From assembly GCA_958009085.1 (NCBI GenBank), contig OY253682.1:620001-684000 (forward strand): 64,000 nucleotides of DNA, read 5' to 3'. The stretch comes from Protoeuglena noctilucae (Eukaryota). The notes below the pieces were generated by a model, which searched no databases, was not told where the DNA came from, and saw only the letters and a list, made by a program, of their open reading frames with translations. The position numbers were made by a program, and so were the translations under genes. Shown in pieces: positions 11,401 to 24,310 of the stretch. How positions within the stretch are numbered: position 1 is the stretch's first letter; the number at the start of each line of letters is the position of its first letter.

Positions 11401-14400
11401 CACCCAGCACCCGGATGTTGGGCTCCTGGGGAGGGGCATGGCGTGAGAGGTTGAGGGTTGTAACCTCGTGTACCAACAACAGCAGGCGCGTGGATAACAT
11501 GAGTAAAAAGTGCTTCGGCCCTCGCCCTCCGCAACCCTCGCCCTCCATGACCCTCGCCTGGGAGACGGCCTCGAGGAGTGGCGGCATGACGACGGCCATG
11601 TAAGGGATGAAGTCGCGGCCGAGGCACTTGCAGATGCGGGTCCACGCCTGCTGCATGTAGCTGACCAGGGGGTCGTCGGCGTCGAGGTTCGACTCCTGGA
11701 GCTGTCGCATGAGGACCATGACGCCCTCCGCGTGCTGCTTGAAGCGCTCCTTGCCCACCGCCATGCCCACCAGGGAAAGGCACTCCAGGGCCTTGGCGCT
11801 GCGTGGAGCGAGGGACACGGGCCGGTGGGTGCAAGCGCCCTAACCCTCGAGCTTGGTAAGACGTGAGCTTTGTGAGATGTCAGATGTGAGGTACGACATG
11901 CGCGACATCATGTGCCGTGCCAAGCAGAGACTCCACCTCTCTCAAACGCCATTCCTCACCGCAGCAGTCGGAACTCCTTGGACGTGGCCGCCTGCATGAC
12001 GTGGCTGAGGAGCGGCACAACCGTGTCGTAGTATGCCTCGAAGTGGTTCTGCACGCTGTCCGCCACCGACGCCATGGCCGTCAGCGCGCCCTCCTGGACG
12101 ATGCGGGGGCCACTCTGCGATCCGAGGGCAAAGAGTCCGAGTTAATGTAACTGCAGAGCCCCCATGTGCGCAGGCGTCGGGCAGGTGTTGCTCTTAAAGC
12201 ATGACATGGTCACCTGGATGAGCTGGATGAGCTGGGGGATGAGGGAGTTGAGGTATGGCGAGAGGTACTCCTGGGGGATGTCCTCGCTGAAGTTCACCAG
12301 GGCCGCTGCGAGGATGGGACAGCCAGCTGTCTTGAGCAAACAAACAGCAAGGCATCTTTCATGAACAAACAAGGGATACCCCCCGGGTATGCAGTCTCAT
12401 AGTGGCTCCCATCTCGTATCTGGCCTTGTCACTTGCCTGTGGCGTGTGCCTGGACCCGAGGGTTCTGGACGTCGGCCATGAGGTGGAGGAAGGCGGGGAC
12501 GACGCGGGCGTGCTCCTGGACTTGCAGGTCCGGGCCCAGGTCCGTGCACAGCTGCCCAATCGTCTGGCAGAAGGCCCACCGCACGCGCGGGTGGGGGTCG
12601 CGCGCGGCGTTGACGATCAGGGACACCAGCTGCGACACCTGCGCCGTCATCACCTTCTGGCACCCCTCCGCGATCTGCGCCAGCGCCATCAGGCCGGCGT
12701 GCCTGCGGGGGTGGCGGTGCAGCAGGGGGTCACGTGCCAAGTCGTCATGGCCATGCCACAACCATGCCCTATAATATGAACAAGGCCCGGCCTTGATAGG
12801 ACAACCATGGCCAACAACCGCTCTTCCTGTGTCTAAGCTGCCCGCCGTGCGTCCCACCTCTGCCGCCAGTCCTGGCTGGAGATGAACTGGGGCAGCATGC
12901 GTGCCGCGATGGGCGCGATGGCGTTGCCGCCCACCGCCAGCGCGATGCGGTCCGTGTACTCCTGCCCCGCGTCGTACAGGGGACCCTCCCCTGCCGAGTT
13001 GTCGTCCTCCACCTCGGCCCTGCACGCGCGGCGGTGCCAGAATGCATGAGACGGTTTCGGTGTGTGGTCTCTGTACACTCTACACACCGGGGTCTGCAGG
13101 GCTGAGGAGAATCTCCCAGGCAGCCTCCCATCTGTGGCTTGCATCACAGCTGTAGTTGCTAGTCAACAAGCGCATCAAGCGCCCTCACGTGGCCCACTCC
13201 TCGCTTTCTTCCAAGTCCGACAGGAAGCTGAGGCAGATCGCGAAGAACTGCTCCAGGAAGCCCGGCAGCTTGCGCATCATGCCCGGGGCCTTGTCCCTCG
13301 CCTCGCAGAGGGTCACCAGGAACTCGGTCGCAAGCCTGCGGGACATGGCGCAGGAGACGGGTATCGGCCAACTCACTTAGTTACTAAGGGAGATGGGAAA
13401 CCTTCGATTGCGTCGCTGCGTCATTTCTCGATATCGTCAGCAAGGCCTCGCCTGCGCGTGGACTCGTCCAGCTGCGCGGCCCCCGCCACTTGGATCATCG
13501 CCCCCGCCGTGTCGCCCAGCTGCTTGCGGAAGAAGCGGGGCTCCTCGCCCGCGACCTCAATCAGCATCTCAAGGACGTCCTGCGCCTGGTCCTCGTCGCC
13601 CTGATTGAGCGAGTGAGAGAGCACCTGCGCCGAATCGAGGCACAGCGAGCGGTGTGCCGTGCACCGACCGACCCCGCCGGCGTCGCCGCAGCCCAACCGC
13701 GCCAATCGACCATCGACATACACACGCACCTCAAGGATGTTCCCCACCATGGGCTGGAACTTGTCCCGCACCTCCCTGGCGTCCGGACCCCCCGACGAGT
13801 TGCAGATGACTGGGGGCAGCGAGGAGGTTGATTGCGTGAGGGTCACTTCTAGCCAGACATCCAAGCTTGCGCAACGAGACACTCATGAGCTCCGCTGGCC
13901 TGCACGGGCCCTCCGCTCACCGGCGCAGGCTGTCCCAATGGCCGCAATGCGGATGTCGGCGTTGCCGTGCTTGACGAATGACTGCACCATTTGGTGCACT
14001 GCGACGGGGGGGATATGAAACGAGAGGTTCACTTATGCTGCTACCTAGGCTGGACCGCTCCGTGTGTCCCGTGTGCTGCCACACTACATCCTCACTCGTG
14101 TCGAGAGGAGGCACGATGGAGTACCGGGCAAGCTCCGCAAACACGTGCAGCGCGGACTGCAGGGGCAATAAGGAACCACGGTTTCAACCCGATCACTTGT
14201 CACTCGTTTCGGTCACCGCTGGCCGTGGCGTTGGTATGTATGGGGCATAGCACGGCGCACCTCGACGACGGCGTCTTGCCCCGACTGCACGGCCTGGAAG
14301 AGGAAGGGCTGCAGCTCCGGCCAGCCACCGCTCTCGACCGTCCCCGCGGCCAGTTCCGATATCAGGTCCTGGATCACTGACCGGATGTTGCGGGCCTTCT

Positions 14401-15090
14401 CCTCTGCGGCCGAGACGAGACCGATTGCGATGCTATGAGGGGCCTACCGATGGACATCAGTGCGAGACTGGGTGTTGGGTGTGCTGCCACAAGGAGAGCA
14501 GGCCAAGCAGACGAGCGCGAGACGCGTTTGTGCCATTCGTGCGCGCGCGACTCGCCCAGGATGACGGACATGAGGGCCTGCTTCACAATCTGATGCGTGG
14601 CGGCGTCCAGGTGGGTCCAGAGAGACGTCTCGTCCTTGACGATCATGCGCCGCAAAAGGACGGCTGCCATCGACCTCGCCTGCGGCAAGGCGAGGGGCGC
14701 ACATTGCACGCAGGCGCCGGGCTGGGCGTGGCCAATGAGATGCGCACGGGCATGCACGCACCTCGTCATGAGCAGACTGCCGCAGGGCACGCACGAGGTG
14801 CTGGATGCAGCCGTTGGGTGACAGCTTCTTCATCTGCTCGAGGACCTCCGTCGCGCGGGAAATCACGGCTTGCTCAGGAGAGAGCAGCTGCGGGCGTGGG
14901 GGCGTCGTGCCGTGATGTGAGCGCTGAAGCCTTGTCCTGTCTGCCGATACCGCCAGGTGCGGGCACAGGTATGAGAATGCGGATGTAGCCCGAACCAAGA
15001 CGACCCTCGGCGCACCTGGCTCAGCAGGTGCTCGAACTCGGGCAGCCCGCCTGCCAGCACCACGCCGGCGTCCGAAGCAGCCTGCGCCAT
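8436..15090 (-). CDS. IPO5: Importin-5 / karyopherin beta-3 (HEAT repeats), many exons
   Basis: RSMAAVLLRR, RLATEFLVTLCEARDKAPGMMRKLP, DPHPRVRWA, PRVQAHATAALVNFSE, KALECLSLVGMAVGKERF, YMQQAWTRICKCLGRDFIPY, FYFHDEVR, ATENAM|SCLAK. Confidence 0.94.
8795..9030 (-). repeat. Intronic tandem repeat (~44-63 nt period) made of copies of the upstream exon end plus splice donor
   Basis: Plus-strand ctcacctcc(a/g)ccatg occurs at about 8856, 8899, 8943 and 9006 (the true junction), with a degenerate copy near 8808. Confidence 0.85.
9325..9455 (-). repeat. Intronic copies of the exon-end/donor junction GAGAACGCCATG|GTGAG
   Basis: Plus-strand ccatggcgttctcc occurs at about 9334, 9391 and 9436 (the true junction). 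Confidence 0.8.
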
Positions 15091-16369
15091 CCTCCCTCCT
15101 TCCCTCCTCGCCACTGCATGGGAGGTACGATGCAAAGTGCGATGCGTGCGAGGGGCGTCGCTGCGGGAGCTCGCCCATATGGGTCGGCCAGCCCTTGGAG
15201 CGCCACGCTGAGACGCGCAGCGCCATCGCCACGTCCGGGCAGACGCCCATATCAGCGCAAGGCAGGCAATGGCCAGGTAGTGATGCCCGCAAGACCGACG
15301 GCGGCGCGGGCCGCGGAGCGAGACAAACCAGCTGGCGGCCTCCGTGGAGCCATGCTGGGGATACGATGCCCCAGCTGACGTCCAACGGCGGGCGTGCGTA
15401 GCAGAACTGACATGTCTGGGTGCATCTCACAAATCGCGCGCCAAGGGTCCCGCTGCGGCTCCCCGGCACCCAGATTCTCCACCGCGGGGAGCAGCCAGGC
15501 CCCCCCTCCCGTGGACAGATGTGGCGTCGGGGATCATAAACCGACAGATGCGCCATCAACAAAGCGAGAGCGTCCCCGACACCCCCTCGCCGCGCTCCCG
15601 CGTCGAGCCCAGGCACCCCCGCGGCGCAAGGGCTCTCAGGGTCGCCCGAGCGTCGCTCGGATCCCGGCCCTGCCACCGCCACCTCCGGACAGCTCACCTG
15701 TCACCAGCTGAACGGCCGCCCCTGCGGATCAGGCCACCCACCACGGAGGGCGGGCGCGCCGAGTTGCGCCGCGGCGTGACTCGACGCCGGCCTCGTCACA
15801 GCTGCCCAGCGCTCGCCAGAGCCAACGAATACACGCGACGGGTGCAGGGAGGCGGCTATCGCTTGACGCGCGCATCACCGCCGTGGAACTGGCACGAGGC
15901 GGCGCCAGTTGGTCAGCCCTCGCCGGATTCGGCGCCTGCGGAGGCTCAGTCGCTTCCGGTGCCTGTATATTCTCGTGCAGATCGCCAGCGCGCTCACGGG
16001 CGCCCTCGTTTCCGAGAGAAGGACCCTGCCGCTCAGCACTCGTCCAGCATTGACTCACCCGAGGCGCAAACCCGTCGTCGTTAAGGGGTAGACAGTCGGC
16101 TTCTCTGGGCGTGACGGGGGGCCGCTGGACGATGCGGCTCGGCGTAGGCCTGCCGTCTGCCATGCAGCAGCCGGCCCGGGTCGCCCCTGCTGCCGAGGTG
16201 GCCTCGCGGCGGTTGCAAGGTCCGTCCAGCCCGTGACATGAATGGCTAGCGCGCGTTGACATGCGCAAATGTGGTGCATCGCACGAGCTTGGCGAGAAAT
16301 GGCAGGCTTTCGCCCTATCCGTGGATGGGGAGGCGCGATGCCGGCTGCCGAGCGCGATGCGTTCCGCGG

Positions 16370-17427
16370 ATGCGTTGCGTGAATGACGACGGCCTCAACG
16401 TGCCTCGCTATTCCAGGGTAAAGCGCCGCCGCGCCCCTGTGCTCGCAGCGCCCACGGGTTTGGCGGCGAGGCCTTGGGGGCCCGGCCGCCGCGGCGATCG
16501 CGAGACCTTGGCGTTGCCGCAACTCTCGGGGAGCATCAGGCGAGTACTGTTGCCAGCCTGGCTGCCGTCCCCTTGGTCGCCAGGGCTAGTGCCAAGCCTC
16601 CCTGCCGTGTCTGCTGCGGGCACAGGGATCGGGGACGGGCGCAAGCGAGGATCGGCGACCCGGATGCGTCGGTGGATGACGAGGCGGATCCGGACAACAA
16701 GCCGCCCTCCCTGTGGCACAAGGTGTGTGAGCTGCCGTCCCGACTGCAGTGGCGAGGGCCACTCTGAGCTGCTATTGAGGCAAGTGTATCACTTGCGCCT
16801 TCCGACAGGTGTTTGGGGCGCTCTTCTACCTCATTCCCTGGATGGACGTCTCGAGCCTGGGGCTGGGCGTCTACCAGACGTTCAAGAGCACGTGGATCCT
16901 GGCCTTCCTCATCGCACCGCTCACTCCAACGTACTACGCGAGTCAGTTCATTCCCCTGGTGAGAAACGTCGCTGATTTGCGGGCAGTCGGGCCCAAGAAT
17001 AACTGGGCTTGAGCGTGGCTGGGCTAGAGGGGAGCTGGGCGCGGTGCCGCCCCGGCCGGGCTCCAGCGCGCGACTGCACCTGCCCTCCCCTCACCTGCCC
17101 CCCCTCCCGCCCCGGCAGGTCGTCTTCTTCGTCGTCTTCCTGGCGGTCGTGCGGAACAAGAAGATCCCCCACGTCGTGCGCTTCAACGCGTGCCAGGCCA
17201 TCATGATCGACATCACGGCCATGATGTTCAACCTGGTGCGCATGTACTTCCCCGCCGAGGTGCGGTGGTCGGTCCTGCTGGACTTCTTCGACCGGTACGC
17301 GTACATCGCGTCCATGGCGACCATCCTGTACTGCGTGTTCTGGACGCTGCGCGGGTACTATGCGGACCTGCCGTGGATCTCCGAGGCGTCCTACATCCAG
17401 GTGGAGCTCGCGGAGGTGTCCGGGTAG
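16370..17427 (+). CDS. TIC20: Tic20/Ycf60-family chloroplast inner-envelope protein
   Basis: FGALFYLIPWMD, FFVVFLAVVRNKKIPHVVRFNACQAIMID and GYYADLPWISEA. Arg-rich presequence joined through a GC-AG intron (16540-16625). Start could be 16325. Confidence 0.88.
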
Positions 17428-18034
17428 GCGCTAGGCCGCGCGGGCGACGGACGGGGCCGTCGCCGCTGCGTCGCCGCTGCGGTTGAAGGACCTCCCGCTG
17501 CATGCGCGTGCATCTCGGCTCGGCCGTGGTGCGCACCAGGGCATCCCAGCACCCGCCGTGCTCGCGGCCTGCGCTGCCGCGTGCCGGGACACCACAGCGC
17601 GCCGCGGGTGCGTGCCCGGTCGGTCGAGGAAGCGGGGAGCCAACCCTGGCGGGGCAGACCCGCGTCAGAAAGGGTCACGGGGAGCTTCAGCCCCAACGCG
17701 GATCTCTCACGCCGGGATTCGCTCCAATCGTGCCCACTCGCGCGCTGCCATCTGCTCACAGCGCTCATAAACCCGAAAAGCCAGTCATCACCTAAAGCCC
17801 CCCGTTCCTCCACGCTGGGCGAGTGGCCTGGGGTGCGTGGCCTGGCAACGGGATCTTGGGACGTTTTCCCTGCTGCCGTGGCGCCGTCTGCAACCCCGAC
17901 AGCCCCCCCTGCATCCCGGCCCTTTCCAAAAAACCTCGCTCCGTCGTCCGCGCGCAGCGGGGGCCGACCGAGGGACCCGCGGGAGATTCGCGCACCCACG
18001 CGTCGATTCGATACGGTCGCGGGAAGCGCGAGGC

Positions 18035-20940
18035 ATGGTGGACGTGGGCGGCAAGCGGGGGCAGGCGAGGGGGCAGGCGCGCGCGCAGACGCCGGGACTG
18101 GCACGAGGGACGCGAGCGTCCGTGTTGGGTGGCAGCGGGTTGGGCAGGGTGGCCTCGAGGGGGTGCTAGAATGTCATGGGAACCCTCCGCCCACGCGCCC
18201 ACTCGCCGGTTCCTTGCAGGATGGGGCCCTCCTTGGCCTGGACCTCGATGCCGACATGTTTGACGAGCTCTTGCCGGTAAGAAGCCGCGGGTATCTTGAT
18301 GTCGCATGGCCGCGCCGCTGCGAGCAGGCAGGACGATGCCACGGCAAGGCACCTTCTGGCTGCTCCTCCCAGGTGGACGACTTCTTCGGAGACTACCTGA
18401 CTGGCCTATCAGCAAGTCAGCCAGACGTCGTGTTGGCGGCTGCTCCGGTTCAGGTGGGCGGAAGAGCGGTGGGCGCTTGGTCTGGCCCGTGTGCTGCGCC
18501 TTTTGACCTCATCTCCCGGTGCCATCTCGCTTTCATGGGGGACCGCGTCGCGTGCCGTGCCGCAGGAAGCGCATTTCCCGCGCCCGGGCTTCCTGGACGC
18601 CGCGATGGCCGACGACCAGGGCATCTACGCGCCGCGCGAGTCGGCAGCCACGGGCCCGGCGCCGTCGGCGCGGCCCACGGGGCGGGTCAGCGCCGTCAGC
18701 AATACGGCGTCGGAGGGTGGGAACCAGTCGCCGGAGGAGGGGGGTGGCAAGGGCAGGCGCACGCGCGGGGGGACGACCAAGAAGGGCCGCAACGAGAGGT
18801 ACCGCACCCCCCGCCAGCAGCTGCTGAACCGGCAGGCCCAGCAGCGGTACCGCGAGCGGCAGAAGCTCAAGAACGAGACGATGGAGCAGACCATCGAGAC
18901 TCTCATGGCGCAAGTGCAGCGGCTCCAGGCCGTCGACGCCGAGAACAAGCAGCTCCAGCACCACGTGCAGGTGGGGCCCCGCTGTCCGTCCTCGGCGCGC
19001 CGCGCGGCGCCGGGGTGACCGGCCGCCGCCGCTGCGCTCGCGCGGCGCACACGACTGCACGGGGCTTTTACGGACGGGTGTGTCACCGTGGTGTTGGAGT
19101 GTTCACGCCCCCAGGCGCTGCAGCAGCAGCTGGCGATGCAGGAGGCCAAGCTGAAGGAGGCGATGACGCAGAAGAGCTCACGGCCCGAGTCGCCGTGCTC
19201 GACCGCCCCGCTGGCGTCGCCCGCGGTGGAGGACCGGGGGGAGGCGGTGGACCCGGACCTGATGGAGGCGGCCAGCAAGCTGCGGCAGGCCTTCTGCTCC
19301 ATGATAAGCAAGATTGAGGGGACGGAGGCGGAGGACGTGGCGCGGTTCTGCAAGGAGGTGCTCGACATGGTGAGGGCCGTGGCGGATGGGACCTGACATG
19401 GTGGGACGATGGTCGACACGCTCGCATGGGTGGCCAGCGGGTGGTGTGACGTGCGCCACGGCGTTCGCGCACGCAGAAGGTGACGGTGGAGCAGCGGACG
19501 GGGGCGCTTGTCATGTCGGCGGACTCGGAGGCGGGCTCTCGGGCTGATCTGATCCCGCACCAGCTGGACCCTCATCGGGGCGTCCTCCTCCCGCACCGGG
19601 AGAGCGACGGGCGCATCGTCATGCTGGACAAGGACACCAAGATCAAGTTCATGCTCAAGGTGCGCCGGGGGGCTCTGCGGTGCCTCGGGGGGCCCATGTG
19701 ATGAGCAGAAGAGCAGTCGCGGCACGTCCCATGCGGTGCCCCGCCAACCCCGTGGGCTCTGCCGACCGAAATGGAATTGCACATTCTCAATTCTGCAGGG
19801 CTTCGAGTCTTCCATCAAGGCGCTCAAGGCCTTCTGGGACTCCCACAACCTGGACGACGCGCTGGCCAAGGGCACACGGGACCCCGAGATGGCCCTGAGG
19901 CTGCAGGAGGAGATCGCGGCCAAGGTGGATGCGCTGCTCATGATGAACATGCTGGTCACCCGCGCCAAGGGACCCAACATCGCGTCCATGCGGCGGCAGA
20001 ACGGCTTGGTGAGACGGGAAGCGCGCGCCGCTTGCCGTGGCTGGCGCGCGGGCGCGGGGCGCCGGACACGGGCAAGGGACGTCGTTCCACCATCCGCGCA
20101 GACCATCGGCAGCCTGCCCCCCTGTCACGAGGTCAAGCGCCGCTGGGCCGACGTCATCGCGTGTCTCAACCTGACGCGCGACCAGATCAACAAGATCCTG
20201 CTGTTCCGGAGCGCCCACGTCGCGCGCCTCCGGGAGATCTACAACCGCCGCACGGAGCTGAACGCGAAGGTCATCGCCCTGCTCGCGCCGCACGTGTCGG
20301 CGGGCGCGGGGAGCCACGCCAAGGCCTTTCCATGGTACGGGCAGCCGATGCGCGACCAGGAGAACGGGGAGATCGACCGGGCGCTGACGGATCTGAAAGA
20401 GAACCTGGTCCACGAGCAGAAGACGGCGTCCCTGCTCGAGTTCGTCATGTACAAGAAGCTGCTGACGCCGATGCAGGGGGCGCGCGTGTTTAAGGAGGGG
20501 TACCCCTTCCACAACGACTGCCTCACGTTCTGCAACGTCGTGTACTTCATCGAGAAGGAGGCTGGGTGGGGCCGGGAGCTGGAGGTGATGGGGTCAGACG
20601 CGGTCAAGTCCTTCTGCCGGCTGATGAGGGAGGAGGTGGCGGAGGCAGCCGGGGTCATTGACACCAAGGGGGACAGCGACGCGTCTGCACCGAGGCGAGT
20701 GACGCGCGGGGGGGATGAGTCGGTGGGGCGCGAGGGAGGGGCGAGGTGGCAGGCTCTGCGTCACGCGTGCTGACGCGCAACGCTGCCGTGAGGGGGCGTG
20801 ACGTGGGCCTGGTATGCTCTGCATCGCGTGCGGTGCGTGGTGCTGACGGGTAACTCCGCCACTCCCTCCGCAGCGACGGGTCCAAGGAGACGGTGTGCGA
20901 GAAGTGTGGCTGTTCCAGCACCGTGTGCGACTGCATTTGA
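18035..20940 (+). CDS. bZIP transcription factor with a C-terminal helical (DOG1/TGA-like) domain and a Cys-rich tail
   Basis: Basic region RQQLLNRQAQQRYRERQK plus a heptad zipper. C-terminal RRWADVIACLNLTRDQ...LLTPMQGARVF..GYP. The last exon is SDGSKETVCEKCGCSSTVCDCI*. Start uncertain. Confidence 0.85.
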
Positions 20941-21266
20941 GCGGCACCCCACCTCCCCCACGTCGCGCGGGTCGAGTGCGAGTCGCACCGCGCGTTTCCC
21001 ATTCACGGCCGCTTCTCGAGGATAGCAGCTCGTGCGCCCCTGCCTCGCTGTCGGGGCCGCGCAATCGTCAGAGCCCTTCCGGGCCATGCCGCTCCGCGCT
21101 GTGCTCGGTGCGGTCAACACACAAGAGGCTTATCACTGGCGAAGTAAGATGAGAGCGATGAGACTTGTCCCCTGCGCTGCCTTGCGTGTCATGCCACAGG
21201 ACATACGGTGGGCTCATACAGCTCTTGCCGCGTTTAAAACCCATCCATTTTGGACAAATCGCTCAT

Positions 21267-22136
21267 CTAGGACAGCTTCACGTAGATCTGGTCGTCCGCA
21301 ATGCGAGCCGGGAAGACGCGGAGATCCTTCCGCTGAACCTTCCCCTGCTCGTTCATCTTCCCCAGCACCTTGCGCATCAGGTTGTCTTGCGGGCACCACT
21401 TGACGACGCCGCCGGTCTGCAGGCATCAGACGCAGGGCCATGTGGCGTCCCAGGCATGACAGCGCTGAGCGGCGCTTGCACAGGGTACCCACGGACTCGC
21501 CTGAAGGTCGAACACGCTGCCGTCGAGTGGGCTGCTGATGGTCCACTTGCCCTGGGCCGTCTTCTCGACGTCGCCGTCCACCAGTGGGTACTGGAAGGCG
21601 GGGCTCTCGGGGGCACACGCAAACGCCTCCGCCTCCCCGACGCTGCGGCCATGGAATGCGGAGCTGCATTCGCTTGCAGGTGCGTTGTGCCGCAACAGCG
21701 ACAACGGCCTCCGTCGCCAGCGTCACCGGATGACGAGGACGACGCGACCCTCCACGGTCACTGCCTTCCGACCCATGGGAGGCTTGGTATTGAGCTGACC
21801 CACACTGCAAGCTGGGACCCATCCCCTCAGGTCTCCGCTCTGCCCCCCCTGCTGCACGTCTTGTGCGGGCTTGAGCTCCTGCGGGCACCCAAACAAAGAA
21901 GCATTCGAGGATTCGGCTGGTTGGAGACCGAGCGGCAGTGACCACCTGATATATCGTCAGCTGGAGAGCTCGCCACGCACCTCTCGCAAGTCCACGCGAC
22001 GCTTCCGATCCTTGGACGCGTCTTTGGACGCCCCCCCGCGCCCGCTCGATCCCGCGAACCCCGCTCTCGCGCGCACATCGGCCCGGATGTGTCGCAACGG
22101 GGCCGGGGCCCCGACAAGCGCGCAGCAATGAGCCAT
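21267..22136 (-). CDS. Plastid-targeted Rieske-fold protein lacking 2Fe-2S ligands
   Basis: Presequence MAHCCALVGAPAPLRHIRADVRARAGF, then ESPAFQYPLVDG...ISSPLDGSVFDLQ|TGGVVKWCP...DLRVFPARIADDQIYVKLS*. This matches the Rieske C-terminal pattern FDLxTG...L.vfp..i.dd.iyv. Confidence 0.75.
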
Positions 22137-22395
22137 GCCAGTCAACGGACGCACAGAACCGGTAATGACACTCTTCGCGTTCGCAATCTGAGGCGCGACG
22201 AGTCCGCCTCGAGGAGCTCTGCCCCAAACAAGTCTCGCCGTCACTGCGTCACTGGCAGAAATGGTGCAAACCCATTCCGCCCTCCTGAATTACGACCCTT
22301 CCATCGGATGTAAGGAGAAGACTGCGGGGGGAAATTAGGGTGGAATCGTGGCCTGCACGCTCCACGGCGGGGCATCCGTGGGCCTGCCGTTCGCC

Positions 22396-24196
22396 ATGAG
22401 CGGCCGTGGGCTGCTCGCGGCTTGTCGATCGGCACTGTCCCTTCAACATCATAGCGTGGGATGGCCGCTGGATCGGGCAGCACGACGGGTGCGGCGCGGG
22501 GCACATGCTTTGCGCGCTGCCCCTTCCTGGCACGCCCGGGAGGAGTGCCCCGGGGCCCCGACTCTCTATCTGGTCGACGGGATGAACATCATTCACAGGT
22601 GCGACGTGCCGCACCTCCTCACCACGCGTGGCAATCTCCCCGGCACCTGCGCCAACGCCTCCCTTTCGTGCCACGCCCGACGCCCACCCTTCTCAACATG
22701 CAGGGTGCACCACGGCTTCCCTGACCCGGAGCGGCGATTGTGGGGCGCCGGCATCGACACCACCATCCAGACGTGCTTCCTCAACTTCCTCCTCGACGTG
22801 ATGGACCTGTCGCCCACGCCCACGCACCTGGCCGTGGTCCTCGACAGCAAGAACGCCGGCACCCTGTCGTCGGGCTACGGGGGAGCCCCTCCCCAGCCCC
22901 TCACGTGGCGCCACGAGCTCTACCAGGGCTACAAGGCCAACCGAGACCCGCCGCAGCCCATCATCTACGAGAGCGCCGACCACATCCGTGAGCTGGCCCT
23001 TCGGATGCATGACGTGGCATGCATACTGACATGGACGCAGAGCCATCGCAGTTGCAGACATAGAGCCATCGACGTTGTGGTCGAGCGCGCTGCAGGCAAT
23101 CACGTCAACCTCCCAGCGCCCCTGCAGAGCGTTTGCTGGCGCTGATGAACGTCCCGTGCGTGCGGGAGGCGGGCGTGGAGGCAGACGATTGCATCGCCAC
23201 GCTCGCCCGGCGCGCGTCCGAGGCTGGCATGCTCACCACCATCATCTCCCTCGACTCCGATTACTACCAGCTCCTCAGCCCCCAGGTGCGCGGCCCCCAG
23301 GCCATGCCCAGTGGTGACTAGTCATCATGCAGCAAGCACGTCACGATGCTCACGCCAGACCTGCTGCACCTGAACGCTTGCAGGTCCGGATGCTGAAGCC
23401 GCCCGCAAAGAGCAACGCCAGGAGTACAGGCGAGCCCTACCTGCAGCCTTTCACAGACGAGGATTATAGGGAGAAGTTCCCGGGCACGGAGCCGGGCCAG
23501 TGGGTCGACATCCTGGCCCTACGTGGGGACAAGAGCGACAACATCCTGGGGTGAGCGTGTTCCTGGTGCCAGCCTCAGCCCCAGCGGCACTGCCCACGCG
23601 CTCAGCTGCTGCCTGGTTGCAACGCAGGGTCAAGGGCATTGGGGAGAAGACGTCCTTGAGTCTGGTCGCGGAGTGGGGCTCGGTCGAAGTCATCTTCGAC
23701 AACAAGGAACACATCAGGGAGACGAGGGCGCGCAACTGCCTCGCGAGCGATGGGGCGTGGGAGGCAGCCATGCTCTCCAAGCGCCTCGTGACCCTGAACG
23801 CCCATGTCCGGTGCGGGCCGCGTGCAGACGATCTTCGTTAAGGCGGGGGCTGGCCCATGACCCTCCACGGTGCTCCACAGTGTGACATGTGACACGGTGC
23901 TCATGCTCATGTTGAGTCTATGCAGGTACCCTAGCCTGGAGGCACCGCTGGAGAACTTCCGCTGCCGGGCGCCGAGCAGCAAGTGCATGAAGCGTCTGGT
24001 CACACAGATGGAGGCGCTGGAGATGCTGCGGTGACCTTGCCGGGCAGGGCTTCAACGAATAAGCTTCGTCTGCCTAGGTGGCCCCCTAGGGCATGTCGCG
24101 CTGACTGCCACACGGTGCGTCTAAGATGCATGCAGGGTCCGGGACCGCCTCCTGGCCAGCTGGGAGGGGCACTTTGGCGTGCAAAGGGCGCGATAG
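22396..24196 (+). CDS. Stand-alone 5'-3' exonuclease (PolA N-terminal/flap-endonuclease type), probably organellar
   Basis: LYLVDGMNIIHR, HLAVVLD, WRHELYQGYKANR, EADDCIATLA, ISLDSDYYQLL and LALRGDKSDNILG|VKGIGEKT (H3TH motif). No polymerase domain follows. Confidence 0.9.
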
Positions 24197-24310
24197 GACG
24201 GAGGCGGGGCGAGGCGCGCAGTGGAACATCAGTCGGGATCCGACGGGGCCGAGGCTGGCCCCGTATTGCACTTCCATGTTACAAGGCAGCTATGGGCATG
24301 TGCGCCCCTC

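Noticed and set aside
15250..16200. Possible small minus-strand gene (MADGRPTPSRIVQRPP..., GTGAGT donor near 16058)
   Set aside because: I could not build a convincing spliced product or recognise any motif, so it is left unannotated.
16383..16450. In-frame TAA after ATG 16383, suggesting UAR-to-Gln recoding or a 31-nt intron
   Set aside because: A different frame from ATG 16370 joins Tic20 cleanly through a GC-AG intron, and several genes here end in TAG.
17581..20106. 578-aa plus ORF (17581-19317) and 493-aa minus ORF (18625-20106)
   Set aside because: They are mostly off-frame or antisense read-through of the spliced bZIP gene.
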